Part shown: positions 23,768 through 32,918 of the stretch, in pieces
Numbering within the stretch: the first letter of the stretch is position 1
Layout: every line of letters begins with the position of its first letter
Origin: an uncultured Nitrospiraceae bacterium
Lineage (GTDB): Bacteria > Nitrospirota > Nitrospiria > Nitrospirales > Nitrospiraceae
Assembly (NCBI GenBank): GCA_963730935.1
Contig: CAVSTP010000004.1
Location: forward strand, 1,664,001 to 1,728,000
Reading direction: 5' to 3'
Length of the DNA: 64,000 nucleotides
Notes under the pieces: model-generated
Database searches by the model: none
The model's input: the letters and a program-made list of their open reading frames with translations, nothing else
Told to the model about the DNA's origin: nothing
Program-made: the position numbers and the translations under genes

Positions 23768-24400
23768 ATGAAGAAGGGAATGCAGGGAATCTCGGCGCTC
23801 GTCATGGCCGGAGCGTTCACGCTGGCCATGGGAATCGCTGGTGTGTCGGCGAACGAACCCGGCTACGGCCACGAGGGCGGAAAAGACGGCTATGGAGGCG
23901 GCGGCCATGGGATGATGGGAAGACATGGCATGGGCATGATGCATAGCAGTGCCGGCCATTTGATTCGCCATCTTCTGAAGCATGAAAAAGAAATCGGTCT
24001 GACGGCCGACCAGGTCACGAAACTCAAGGACATCCAGTTGAACCTCGATAAGACCCGCATCAAATCGGAAGCAGATATTCAGGTGGCCGAGCGCGAATTA
24101 AAAGCGCTAACCGATGACGAGAAGTCCGATCTCAAAGCGATTGAAGCGAAGTTGAGACAGAGTGAAGACATGCAGGTGGCCTTGCGCATGACCTCTATCA
24201 AAACCCGCCGAGACGTCTTGGCCCTCTTGACGCCCGAACAGCGCGCCAAGGAAAAGGCCGAACACGAGAAGATGATGCAGCAGCATAAAGAGGGCGGCAA
24301 AAGCCAAGGCAGCATGGCGAATCCGCACGGCACCATGCAGGGCAATCCGCATCAGGGCGGCGCAACGCCGATGCCTCCCGCGAACATGAAGACCCAGTAA
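23768..24400 (+). CDS. Spy/CpxP-like periplasmic protein with His/Gly/Met-rich N-terminus
   Basis: Signal peptide; GHGMMGRHGMGMMH; LTADQ and LTPEQ (LTxxQ) motifs; AAGGAGG RBS. Confidence 0.75.
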   Translation: MKKGMQGISALVMAGAFTLAMGIAGVSANEPGYGHEGGKDGYGGGGHGMMGRHGMGMMHSSAGHLIRHLLKHEKEIGLTADQVTKLKDIQLNLDKTRIKSEADIQVAERELKALTDDEKSDLKAIEAKLRQSEDMQVALRMTSIKTRRDVLALLTPEQRAKEKAEHEKMMQQHKEGGKSQGSMANPHGTMQGNPHQGGATPMPPANMKTQ

Positions 24401-24425
24401 CGCACTCCGACCGAAAGGAGAACCC

Positions 24426-24761
24426 ATGCGCGCACAAGCATTGATAGGCCTGCTGAGCATGTGTTTGGTCGTCGGCTCGAGCACGGCCGCCTGGAGCGAC
24501 GACAAGGAAGGCAACATCGCCGATCTCGTGAAAGACGCGAAGGTCACGGCCGAACAGGCGATCAAAACCGCCATGGAAAAGGTCCCGGGAACTGTCGTAG
24601 AAGCCGAACTCGAAAAGAAACACGGTAAGACCGTGTGGGAAGTGGAGATCCTGGGCGCTGACGGCAAGGTCACCGAAGTCCATATCGACGCGGCTAATGG
24701 GACAGTCATCGACACGGAAGCGAAGAAAAAAAAGCACGAAGACAAGAAAAAGAAGAAGTAG
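24426..24761 (+). CDS. PepSY domain protein
   Basis: Signal peptide; VTAEQAIKTA..VPGTVVEAELE..WEVEI..EVHIDAANGTVI; Lys-rich tail. Confidence 0.85.
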   Translation: MRAQALIGLLSMCLVVGSSTAAWSDDKEGNIADLVKDAKVTAEQAIKTAMEKVPGTVVEAELEKKHGKTVWEVEILGADGKVTEVHIDAANGTVIDTEAKKKKHEDKKKKK

Positions 24762-24765
24762 CTAG

Positions 24766-24806
24766 GGAAGGAGCGCGTCTCGGCGCGCTCGGGTGGGAGG
24801 GTGAGA
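24766..24806 (-). repeat. REP-like hairpin repeat, copy 3
   Basis: Reverse complement reads TCTCACCCTCCCACCC, GAGCGCG / loop CCGAGA / CGCGCTC, CTTCC; same architecture as the copies at 1311 and 1382. Confidence 0.7.
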
Positions 24807-24841
24807 ACGAAGGCATTTTGCGCAGCTTGAAAAGGAATTCG

Positions 24842-26515
24842 ATGGCAAAAGAACCTAAGTTGAAGAGTCACGATCTGCTCGTCGGTCCCGGCCGGGCTCC
24901 GGCACGGGCGATGTTAAAAGCTGTCGGTTTCACTGACGAGGACCTCTCGCGCCCGATTATCGGCGTTGCCAACACGTGGATCGAGGTCATGCCGTGCAAC
25001 TTTCACTTGCGCCGATTGTCGGAGCGGGTGAAAGCCGGCATCCGGGCGGCAGGCGGCACCCCCATCGAGTACAACACCATCGCTGTCTCGGACGGCATTT
25101 CGATGGGGACGGAGGGCATGAAGGCCTCGCTGATCAGCCGCGAGGTGATCGCCGATTCGATCGAACTCGTGGCGCGGGGACACCTCTTCGACGGCGTCGT
25201 GGCGCTGTCCGGCTGCGACAAGACCATTCCGGGAACGGTGATGGCGCTCGCGCGCTTGAATGTGCCGTCGCTGATGCTGTACGGCGGGTCGATCATGCCG
25301 GGACAGTTTCAGGGCCATGACGTGACGATCCAGGACGTCTTCGAAGCTGTGGGCAAGCACGCGTCCGGCAAGATGACCAATGAAGAACTGAAAGATCTGG
25401 AAGACCATGCCTGTCCCGGACCCGGCGCCTGCGGAGGCCAGTTCACGGCCAATACGATGGCGATCGCATTCGAATTCCTGGGCATGTCGCCGATGGGACG
25501 CAATGGCGTGCCGGCCATGGACAAACGCAAAGACGACGTCGCATTCGAATGCGGCAAGATGGTCATGGATCTCTTGAAACGGGATCTCCGCCCGCGCCAA
25601 ATCATCACGCGCAAATCACTGGAGAATGCGATCGCGGCCGTCGCGACGACCGGTGGCTCGACCAACGCGGTGCTCCATCTGCTCGCCATCGCCTACGAAG
25701 CCGGTATCAAGCTGAGCATCGACGATTTCGACAGGATCAACCGCAAGGTTCCCCTCCTGGCCGATTTGAAACCGGGCGGCCGCTTTACCGCCGCAGATCT
25801 CTACGCGGCGGGCGGCACAACACTGGTTGCCAAACGCTTGGTCGATGCCGGCCTGCTCCATGCGAATCAACCGACCGTGACAGGACGAACGATCGGCGAA
25901 GAAGCGAAGGAAGCGGTGGAGACTGCGGGGCAACACATCTTGCGGCCGCTTTCGAACCCGATCAAAGCGACGGGCGGCATGGTCATACTCAAGGGCAATC
26001 TGGCGCCGGAGGGGTGCGTCGTCAAAGTCGCAGGGCATTCCATGATGCAGTTCCGTGGCCCCGCCAAGGTCTATGACCGCGAAGAAGATGCGTTCGTCGC
26101 CGTAAAAGCCGGACAGATCAAGGCCGGCGACGTCGTCGTGATCCGGTTTGAAGGGCCGTCCGGGGGTCCGGGCATGCGGGAGATGCTGGGTGTGACGGCC
26201 GCAATCGTCGGGGCGGGATTGGGCGACTCAGTCGCGCTACTGACCGACGGTCGGTTCTCGGGCGCCACGCACGGCCTCATGGCCGGCCATGTTGCCCCTG
26301 AAGCCGTCAGAGGCGGGCCGATCGGCGCCGTCAAAAACGGTGACGTCATCGTGTTCGACATCGCCAAACGCCAATTGAACGTGGAACTGTCCTCCAAAGA
26401 GATCAAGTCGCGGCTCAAGAAGGTGAAATTGCCGGCGCCCCGCTACACCTCCGGTGTGATGGCGAAGTACGCCCGGCATGTGTCCTCGGCCTCCGAAGGC
26501 GCGATCACCACCTAA
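24842..26515 (+). CDS. ilvD: Dihydroxy-acid dehydratase
   Basis: PCNFHL, VSDGISMG, GCDKTIPG, CPGPGACGGQFTANTM, GGSTNAVLHL, GGPGMREML, TDGRFSGAT. Confidence 0.95.
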   Translation: MAKEPKLKSHDLLVGPGRAPARAMLKAVGFTDEDLSRPIIGVANTWIEVMPCNFHLRRLSERVKAGIRAAGGTPIEYNTIAVSDGISMGTEGMKASLISREVIADSIELVARGHLFDGVVALSGCDKTIPGTVMALARLNVPSLMLYGGSIMPGQFQGHDVTIQDVFEAVGKHASGKMTNEELKDLEDHACPGPGACGGQFTANTMAIAFEFLGMSPMGRNGVPAMDKRKDDVAFECGKMVMDLLKRDLRPRQIITRKSLENAIAAVATTGGSTNAVLHLLAIAYEAGIKLSIDDFDRINRKVPLLADLKPGGRFTAADLYAAGGTTLVAKRLVDAGLLHANQPTVTGRTIGEEAKEAVETAGQHILRPLSNPIKATGGMVILKGNLAPEGCVVKVAGHSMMQFRGPAKVYDREEDAFVAVKAGQIKAGDVVVIRFEGPSGGPGMREMLGVTAAIVGAGLGDSVALLTDGRFSGATHGLMAGHVAPEAVRGGPIGAVKNGDVIVFDIAKRQLNVELSSKEIKSRLKKVKLPAPRYTSGVMAKYARHVSSASEGAITT

Positions 26516-27291
26516 CGGGCGGTTGACGCATCTGCTGGAGCCGGCTTTTCGAGCCAGACCGTCAGCACCGCGGTCACGGCATCATCGTGACTATACTTGT
26601 GCAGGTAGGGAAGAGCCGGCAGAGCACGCTCGATTTCATGGCTGACCGAACTGGCTTCGGCGGTGAGAACGAACCCCGCCTCTGCGAACAACCGCTGCCA
26701 GTCCGATTTTCTCAGGCGGTTGACGTAAGTGCTGCGGTTCCACTTCATGAGCGTCCACAACCATTCGGGGTAGCGAAGGCAATCAAACAACTTTAACGGC
26801 GACGGCGGCTGGCGTCTGTAAAAGGAATGGTCTCCCAGATCGATATGGGCGACCATCCAGCCTCCCGGACGCAACAGGCGGAAGCACTCCGCGACCGTGA
26901 CCTTGGGATAGCGGAGATGCTCGAAAGCCGTGTGAGACCAAATGCAGTCGAACTGGCCGGAGGCAAACGGCAACCGTTTGCCATCGTATAAGCGGTAGTC
27001 GATACGTTTTCGTGCCGCGTGATCGGCCATCACATACTCAGCCACGTCCACAGCCGTGCAGCTCTTGGCGCCCGACCCCAGTGCCTCCTCCAACACTTCC
27101 AGCGTATGTCCCGGTCCGATCTCTAAGATGTCCTTTCCCGCGATAGGTTGGAAGCGGCAATACAATTCAAACACCTGCCGGGCCAACACACGATCGGCAT
27201 TCAGGCCGGTGCAGTGGTACCCGCCCGCCAGCCTGGCGATCGGTGGGATGCCCATCACAAGATTTTGAAGGATTTCGAGCGGCACGAACAT
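26512..27291 (-). CDS. Class I SAM-dependent methyltransferase
   Basis: ILEIGPG, FDCIWSHTAFEHL, LLRPGG, IDLGDH; start taken at MFVPLE. Confidence 0.8.
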   Translation of the reverse strand: MFVPLEILQNLVMGIPPIARLAGGYHCTGLNADRVLARQVFELYCRFQPIAGKDILEIGPGHTLEVLEEALGSGAKSCTAVDVAEYVMADHAARKRIDYRLYDGKRLPFASGQFDCIWSHTAFEHLRYPKVTVAECFRLLRPGGWMVAHIDLGDHSFYRRQPPSPLKLFDCLRYPEWLWTLMKWNRSTYVNRLRKSDWQRLFAEAGFVLTAEASSVSHEIERALPALPYLHKYSHDDAVTAVLTVWLEKPAPADASTAR

Positions 27292-27305
27292 CGCACGAGT
27301 GATCG

Positions 27306-28154
27306 TCAATAATACGTGATCGTTCTTTCGCGAGTGACCGCGGTTTCGGTCAACGTGACCGACCCGTTCTTCAGCGACCACCGTTGAGCCGTTTCCTTGA
27401 TCCAGTTGCCCTCGGGATCGAACTCGTAGGTCACGACTGATTTCCGAAGATGCGGCTGGCGGAAATACTCGCTCGATTGTTCAATGCGATGACCCGCCTG
27501 ATCATACCCGTAATGGTCCCGTCGCATCGGGCTACCATCGCTTCCGTAAAAGCGGCTTTCCTTGAGCCGATCGAGGGGATCGTAGTGATGCGTCGCTTCC
27601 AACACGAGCCGTCTTTGAAAATAGCGACCCTGGTAGATGAGATTGCCGCGCGCATCAAAGAGAATCTTTTCCGTCACGCCTTGGGCGGTCACCATGATTT
27701 CTTCTGAGAGCAAGCCCCTGCGGTCGTAGAACGAGAACTCGGCTTGCGCAAACAGCCCTTGCTCGGTCACGGCCACCTGGGCCGAGCGTCGTCCCTGTTC
27801 ATCGATTCCGTACCGAAACAACTTCCGGGACGCGACGCTGCCATCCGGCTCGAAGGTCTCTTCTTCGGTAAGTCGACCATTCTCGTCGTACATATAGACA
27901 TACCGGACGGCACCGGCAGCCTGACGAGCCGGAAGCAGTTCGAGCGACGTCAGATGCCCCTCGCGGTCAAACTCCTGCGTCGTGGTCAATTGCGGATACT
28001 TGATCACGACCGTGCGGACGGCTCCGTGCAGATCGAGACGGTCGAGATCGCTTTTTGCTTCGCTCCAGGGAGAATTAACGAGAAGGAGGGACCAACCGAC
28101 GAGGATCACAACGGAAGGAAGCCGACCGTAACGCCAGATCCTCATGCCGTTCAT
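27306..28154 (-). CDS. Secreted YD/RHS-like repeat protein
   Basis: Signal peptide; repeated FDREGH, YDENGR, YDRRGL, FDARGN, YDPLDR, YDQAGH, FDPEGN units. Confidence 0.7.
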   Translation of the reverse strand: MNGMRIWRYGRLPSVVILVGWSLLLVNSPWSEAKSDLDRLDLHGAVRTVVIKYPQLTTTQEFDREGHLTSLELLPARQAAGAVRYVYMYDENGRLTEEETFEPDGSVASRKLFRYGIDEQGRRSAQVAVTEQGLFAQAEFSFYDRRGLLSEEIMVTAQGVTEKILFDARGNLIYQGRYFQRRLVLEATHHYDPLDRLKESRFYGSDGSPMRRDHYGYDQAGHRIEQSSEYFRQPHLRKSVVTYEFDPEGNWIKETAQRWSLKNGSVTLTETAVTRERTITYY

Positions 28155-28169
28155 GCCTGGCGCACTGAA

Positions 28170-29168
28170 CTATCGTCCCTTCATTCGTCCGCGCATTTCG
28201 GACATCATCCCTTCCAGGTCCGCTTCAGCCTTGGCCCGGTCGCTGATGAGAATGTCGAGATCGTAGGGACGGGCGGGCTGCGACTCGATCGGCTTCGCCG
28301 GCGCCGCTGCAGGCGCTTTCGCGGAGTGCGGAGGTTTGGCCTCCGGCTGCGGGGACGGTTTGGAAGGAAGATCCGAGGCGGCATTCGTCGGTGGGGACGA
28401 CACGGCGGACGTGGCCGCGGTTTGTGAACGGGTCAGGCCCTGGGCCCTAAGCCATTGCGCTGCGACGCTCGATTTGAGAGAGAAACTGATACTCGTGATG
28501 GGAAGGCCGTCCGGCGCCACTCGGGCAATGGCGGTGTTGACCGCGATCATGTGTCCATCGCCGTCCAGGAGGGGGCCGCCGGAGTTACCTCGATTGAGTC
28601 CTGTTTCAGTCTGAAAGACATCCTTGCCCTTCACGCCGTTGAAATTATCCACTTCGGCGCTGATCACACCCGTCGTCAGCGTCCACAATCCTCCCTGCTC
28701 CGGATGGCCGATGGCAACGACACGATCGCCGATGCGGCCCTGCGTAGACTCGCTGAAGGAGACGACAGGCAACGGCGCCGGTGGAGAGTCCACCTTGAGC
28801 AAGGCGAGATCCAACGGTGTAGAGTACGCCATCACCCTTGCACGGAGCATTCGGGAGAGATCGGTTCTGCTGTCCCCCGTGACGCGCGGCGGCTTCAAAA
28901 ACACGGACAATCGTGGGTAGGGTTTGCCGGTCCGCTCCTCGATCACGACGTGAGCATTGGTCAAGACCAATCCATCGGCTTGGATGATCGAGCCGGTTCC
29001 GCCGCTGCCGTTCTTGCCGCTGTCGGAATGGCCCATGACCATGACAACGGCGGGTGACGCCTGCTCATAGATGTCGCGGGGCGAGAGTTCCTTCGCGTGA
29101 AGGCTGCTGCCCCACAGAAACGGCGCTGCGCACGCGACCATCCGGATCCATCCCATACACACCCTCAT
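28170..29168 (-). CDS. Secreted trypsin-like (S1C) serine protease without PDZ
   Basis: GTGSII, LTNAHVV, DLALLKV, GNSGGPLL catalytic triad motifs; Pro/Ala-rich linker. Confidence 0.85.
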   Translation of the reverse strand: MRVCMGWIRMVACAAPFLWGSSLHAKELSPRDIYEQASPAVVMVMGHSDSGKNGSGGTGSIIQADGLVLTNAHVVIEERTGKPYPRLSVFLKPPRVTGDSRTDLSRMLRARVMAYSTPLDLALLKVDSPPAPLPVVSFSESTQGRIGDRVVAIGHPEQGGLWTLTTGVISAEVDNFNGVKGKDVFQTETGLNRGNSGGPLLDGDGHMIAVNTAIARVAPDGLPITSISFSLKSSVAAQWLRAQGLTRSQTAATSAVSSPPTNAASDLPSKPSPQPEAKPPHSAKAPAAAPAKPIESQPARPYDLDILISDRAKAEADLEGMMSEMRGRMKGR

Positions 29169-29264
29169 GCACACCTCCGTCCGGCGGCAGCCAAACACCC
29201 GACCGCCAGCACTTTTCTGGAGACGCCTGAAACCCGACGTGCGGCAGCTCGAATCCACAAGAGA

Positions 29265-30383
29265 CTAGGTCCGGCGATAGAACTCACCGATCATCTGAAC
29301 GACATAGGCCTGCTGTTCTTCCGTCAGTTCAGCATAGATGGGCAAGGACAGCACTTCTTCCGCCGCTCGTTCCGAGACGGGAAACGACCCCTTGTGGTAC
29401 CCGAGATCGTGATAGCAATTCTGCAGATGCATGGGCAGTGGATAGTAGACTTCGGAGCCGACACCCTTCTCCTTCAGAAAATTCCGGAGTTCATCTCGTT
29501 GCCGCACCTTGACCGTGTATTGGTTGTACACGTGAAAATTCCCCGGCTTGGTGACGGGCAGCAGCACCCGATCAAGCAACTGGGCCTGGGTGAACAGCCG
29601 TTCGTAACGTTCCGCGTTGCGCCGACGCCCTTCCGTCCACTGGTCGAGGTACTTCAGCTTTACATGGAGCACGGCCGCCTGCAGGGCGTCCAGCCGGCTG
29701 TTGATTCCGACTGCCTCGTGCAGATACCGCACGCGACTTCCATGGACGCGCAACATCGCTAGCGCATCGGCCAGCCCCTTGTCGTCGGTCGTCAGCAACC
29801 CGCCGTCGCCGAATCCTCCCAGATTCTTCGTGGGGAAAAAGCTGAAGCACCCGACATCGGCCAGGACACCGGCACGCCGGCCCTCTTGCGCCGCCCCGAT
29901 CGCCTGACACGCATCTTCGATGACACGGATACCTCGAGGCCTGGCGATGCCGTTGATAGCCGCCATGTCGGCACATTGACCGAACAGATGCACGGGAATG
30001 ATGGCCTTGGTACGCGGCGTCATGGCGCGTTCGATCTGATGAGGATCGACGTTGAACGAGTCCGATTCGATGTCGATGAAGACCGGCCTGGCGCCGAGAC
30101 GTGAGATGGCTCCCGCTGTCGCAAAGAAGGTGAACGGCACCGTGATGACTTCATCGCCCGCCTTGACCCCCGACGCCATCAACGCCAAGAGCAGCGCATC
30201 GCTGCCGGAGGCACAGCCGATCGCATGGCGGCTGCCGACGTACTGCGCCGTCGCCTTCTCGAACTCGGCAACCCTCGGTCCGAGGACGAAGCCTTGCTCG
30301 TCGCAGACCGCTTCCATCGCGGCAAGGATTTCCGACTTCATTCCGCGGTACTGGGCTTTGAGATCCAATAATGGAACGTTCAC
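29265..30383 (-). CDS. DegT/DnrJ/EryC1/StrS family sugar aminotransferase
   Basis: SGSDAL, FTFFATAG, PVHLFGQ, IEDACQAIG, FSFFPTKNLG, NSRLDALQAA. Confidence 0.92.
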   Translation of the reverse strand: MNVPLLDLKAQYRGMKSEILAAMEAVCDEQGFVLGPRVAEFEKATAQYVGSRHAIGCASGSDALLLALMASGVKAGDEVITVPFTFFATAGAISRLGARPVFIDIESDSFNVDPHQIERAMTPRTKAIIPVHLFGQCADMAAINGIARPRGIRVIEDACQAIGAAQEGRRAGVLADVGCFSFFPTKNLGGFGDGGLLTTDDKGLADALAMLRVHGSRVRYLHEAVGINSRLDALQAAVLHVKLKYLDQWTEGRRRNAERYERLFTQAQLLDRVLLPVTKPGNFHVYNQYTVKVRQRDELRNFLKEKGVGSEVYYPLPMHLQNCYHDLGYHKGSFPVSERAAEEVLSLPIYAELTEEQQAYVVQMIGEFYRRT

Positions 30384-30396
30384 GACCGCCCCCTGG

Positions 30397-31587
30397 TTAG
30401 GATGACGCAGGGCTCAAAGAACGAGACACGTGCTTGTTCCGTTGCTGCGACAGGAGCCTATCATACAGAGATTGATATTGTTTGACCATTTCTTCGATAT
30501 GAAACTCGACGGGCAACCGGTTTGTGTCACCGGTCGCGGGCAAAGCCCCTGCTCCGCGGGCCGACAGCAGGGCTTCGACGCCTGCCGCAAGACCGGCAAG
30601 ATCTCCTACCTCGCACAGCCGCACTCGGTCACGCTGCACGACCGCCTCCTCGACACCGCCTACTCGTGTTGCGACGATCGGCAATCCCGCCGACGCCGCT
30701 TCGAGCATCACTCTAGGAAGTCCCTCCCACCGCGACGTCAACAGCAACAGATCGAAGCAGCCCATGGCTCGAGGAATATCGCGCCGCCAGCCGGCCAAGC
30801 GCACTTTGCCTTGTAAGCCCTTTTCATGGATGAGGGCTTCAATACGCGGGCGCATGGCTCCGTCCCCGATGAGGACAAACCTGGCGCCCGGCAACCTTCC
30901 GCACACGCGCTCGGCAACCGCAATCATGTCTTCGGGCGCCTTTTGAGGCTTGAGGCAGGCCACGGTCCCGATCAGATACTCGCCCGCGCCGATGCCAAAT
31001 TCCTCCCGAAGGCGCTGCCGATCCGCCGGAGAGAGCGGCTGCCGAAACGGGCTCGGATCGATGCCGGGCCTGATGACCGACACATTCGTCGTGAACAATC
31101 CCCATTGCCGTCCATTGCGGGCATCAATATCGGCGACTGTCACCCAGTAGGTGGTGATCCACCCGGTGATCCGTTCAACCAGAATGAAGAGACGCCGGAC
31201 GAAGCCGGGTTGTGCCGGCGTGATCCCAAAGCCATGCACCGTGTGCAGGATCAATGGGACTCCGGCGCACCAGGCCGCCCAGCGGCCGAGGATGCCGGCT
31301 TTCGAACTGTGGGTATGCACGATCGCCGGCTTCACGCGCCGCAGCAATGACACCAACTGCAGAAACGCCAGCAGGTCGCTGATGGCGTGGATGCGCCGGC
31401 CGAGAGAGGGAACGATGAAGGTCTGGACGCCCGGCAGCCGGCGGGCCTCTTGGGTCAGCATCCCACCGGGACCGGCCACCAGGACGGAACGAAACCTCGC
31501 ACGATCCAGATGCGACACGGCATAGAGCGCGACTTCCTGTGCTCCGCCCAGTTCCAGCTTGGTGATGATATGGCAGATGGTATCCAC
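30397..31587 (-). CDS. Glycosyltransferase family 4
   Basis: ITKLELGGAQ, VHTHSSKAG, SRWEGLPRVMLEA, VGGVEE. Confidence 0.9.
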   Translation of the reverse strand: MDTICHIITKLELGGAQEVALYAVSHLDRARFRSVLVAGPGGMLTQEARRLPGVQTFIVPSLGRRIHAISDLLAFLQLVSLLRRVKPAIVHTHSSKAGILGRWAAWCAGVPLILHTVHGFGITPAQPGFVRRLFILVERITGWITTYWVTVADIDARNGRQWGLFTTNVSVIRPGIDPSPFRQPLSPADRQRLREEFGIGAGEYLIGTVACLKPQKAPEDMIAVAERVCGRLPGARFVLIGDGAMRPRIEALIHEKGLQGKVRLAGWRRDIPRAMGCFDLLLLTSRWEGLPRVMLEAASAGLPIVATRVGGVEEAVVQRDRVRLCEVGDLAGLAAGVEALLSARGAGALPATGDTNRLPVEFHIEEMVKQYQSLYDRLLSQQRNKHVSRSLSPASS

Positions 31588-31595
31588 GCGAACGC

Positions 31596-32918
31596 CTATG
31601 CGGACTGAGGCTGCGCCCCCTGCGCGTTGAGCCGTTCTGCCAGCCGTTTACCCTGACTGATCGCATCCTCCATAGAGGTATGTTCCCACGCGCCGTAGCG
31701 ACCGATCGAGTAGATGCCCCGCCGCTCCAACTCGGCCAGGATTGCCGGTACCGCACGTGCCCGATGCCGGTCGAAGTAGACATAGGCGTAATGCAGATCT
31801 TTGACGTCGGCGACGACGATGTCATCGCCCGGCGTGAGGATGCCGGCCCGCTCCATCCCGCTCCGCGCGCGTGCCACGAGCTGTTCTGCCGTATGCTGTT
31901 CGGTCGGCCGGTGCGACATTTCCACGTACATTGAGCTGCAGCCTGGCCGTCCGAGGGCGCGCGAAAAATTCATGGGAAACCCGATCCGATAGAACGGATA
32001 CTCGGGCTCCGGAAAATAGAGCCAGTGCTTGTCCGAAACCTGTTCCCGCGCGACCCCCAAATTGAGGTTGTAGACCGACACCCAGCGCAGCCCTTCCGCC
32101 GCCTCTTTCAGATGCGCCGGCATGTCGAGGCAGCGTCGCAGGAGCTCCGGCACAGGAATCGTCGAGATCAGCGACTCGTAATGTTCGTTCCGGCTTTCCC
32201 CGTTGTGAAGGTTCCGAAAGAGCGCGCGGCGGCGCTTCGTATCGATTTCGACGAGTTCCATGCCGTTGTGCACCGAGGCGATACCCGTGAGGAAGGATTC
32301 GGGAAGCACGCGAATGCCGTCAGTGGCCGGATACTGAAACGACGGGTTGTAGCCGAAGGCCTTATCTTTGATGCCCAAGGCGCCGTTGACGACGTCCGTC
32401 AGTTCCGGTTTCGGCACGAGCCATGAAACCCAGTCGGAGGTCAGTTCGTCCAACGACACCTGCCAGAGTTTTTCGTTGAACGGCACCATGAAATGCTTGG
32501 CCATGCCTTCGCCGAGATTGTCCAGAATCCATTGCTTGAAGGACCGGTCTTTCGAAGACGCTGCCGGCGCCGTGAGTGTGGCAATAAATCCCAAGAGACA
32601 TTCGCGCACCACTTCGGGCGGCAGGCCATGCGTATTTACCTGGAATGGATATTCGGTATAGGTCCGGTGCGAATAGATAAACGACTTGCGGCGGTGCGTT
32701 TGAAGCTTCCCAGCCAGCAACCGATCGACCAGCGACTTGATGTCCGGTTGGCGGAAGTGCAGTAGATGACCGGTGTAGTCGAACGTGAATCCATCCTTGC
32801 GGTAGGAGCGGCAAAGCCCTCCCACCTCCGCTTCACGTTCATAGAGCCGATAGGAAGGTCCGGACAGATGGTAGGCGGTGCTGAGACCGGCGAGGCCGGC
32901 GCCGACGATGACGATCAT
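31596..32918 (-). CDS. FAD-dependent oxidoreductase, UDP-galactopyranose-mutase-like
   Basis: IVGAGLAGLS, GGLCRS..GFTFDYTGH, YPFQ, PFNEKLW, IYSIGRYGAWEH; ATGA-coupled to the upstream gene. Confidence 0.75.
   Translation of the reverse strand: MIVIVGAGLAGLSTAYHLSGPSYRLYEREAEVGGLCRSYRKDGFTFDYTGHLLHFRQPDIKSLVDRLLAGKLQTHRRKSFIYSHRTYTEYPFQVNTHGLPPEVVRECLLGFIATLTAPAASSKDRSFKQWILDNLGEGMAKHFMVPFNEKLWQVSLDELTSDWVSWLVPKPELTDVVNGALGIKDKAFGYNPSFQYPATDGIRVLPESFLTGIASVHNGMELVEIDTKRRRALFRNLHNGESRNEHYESLISTIPVPELLRRCLDMPAHLKEAAEGLRWVSVYNLNLGVAREQVSDKHWLYFPEPEYPFYRIGFPMNFSRALGRPGCSSMYVEMSHRPTEQHTAEQLVARARSGMERAGILTPGDDIVVADVKDLHYAYVYFDRHRARAVPAILAELERRGIYSIGRYGAWEHTSMEDAISQGKRLAERLNAQGAQPQSA

Noticed and set aside
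24726..24733. A8 run as a phase-variation tract
   Set aside because: It encodes the Lys-rich tail in the last codons of the PepSY gene; slippage would change little.
27306..28154. RHS polymorphic toxin
   Set aside because: Too short, with no DPxG core terminus, toxin domain or immunity gene.
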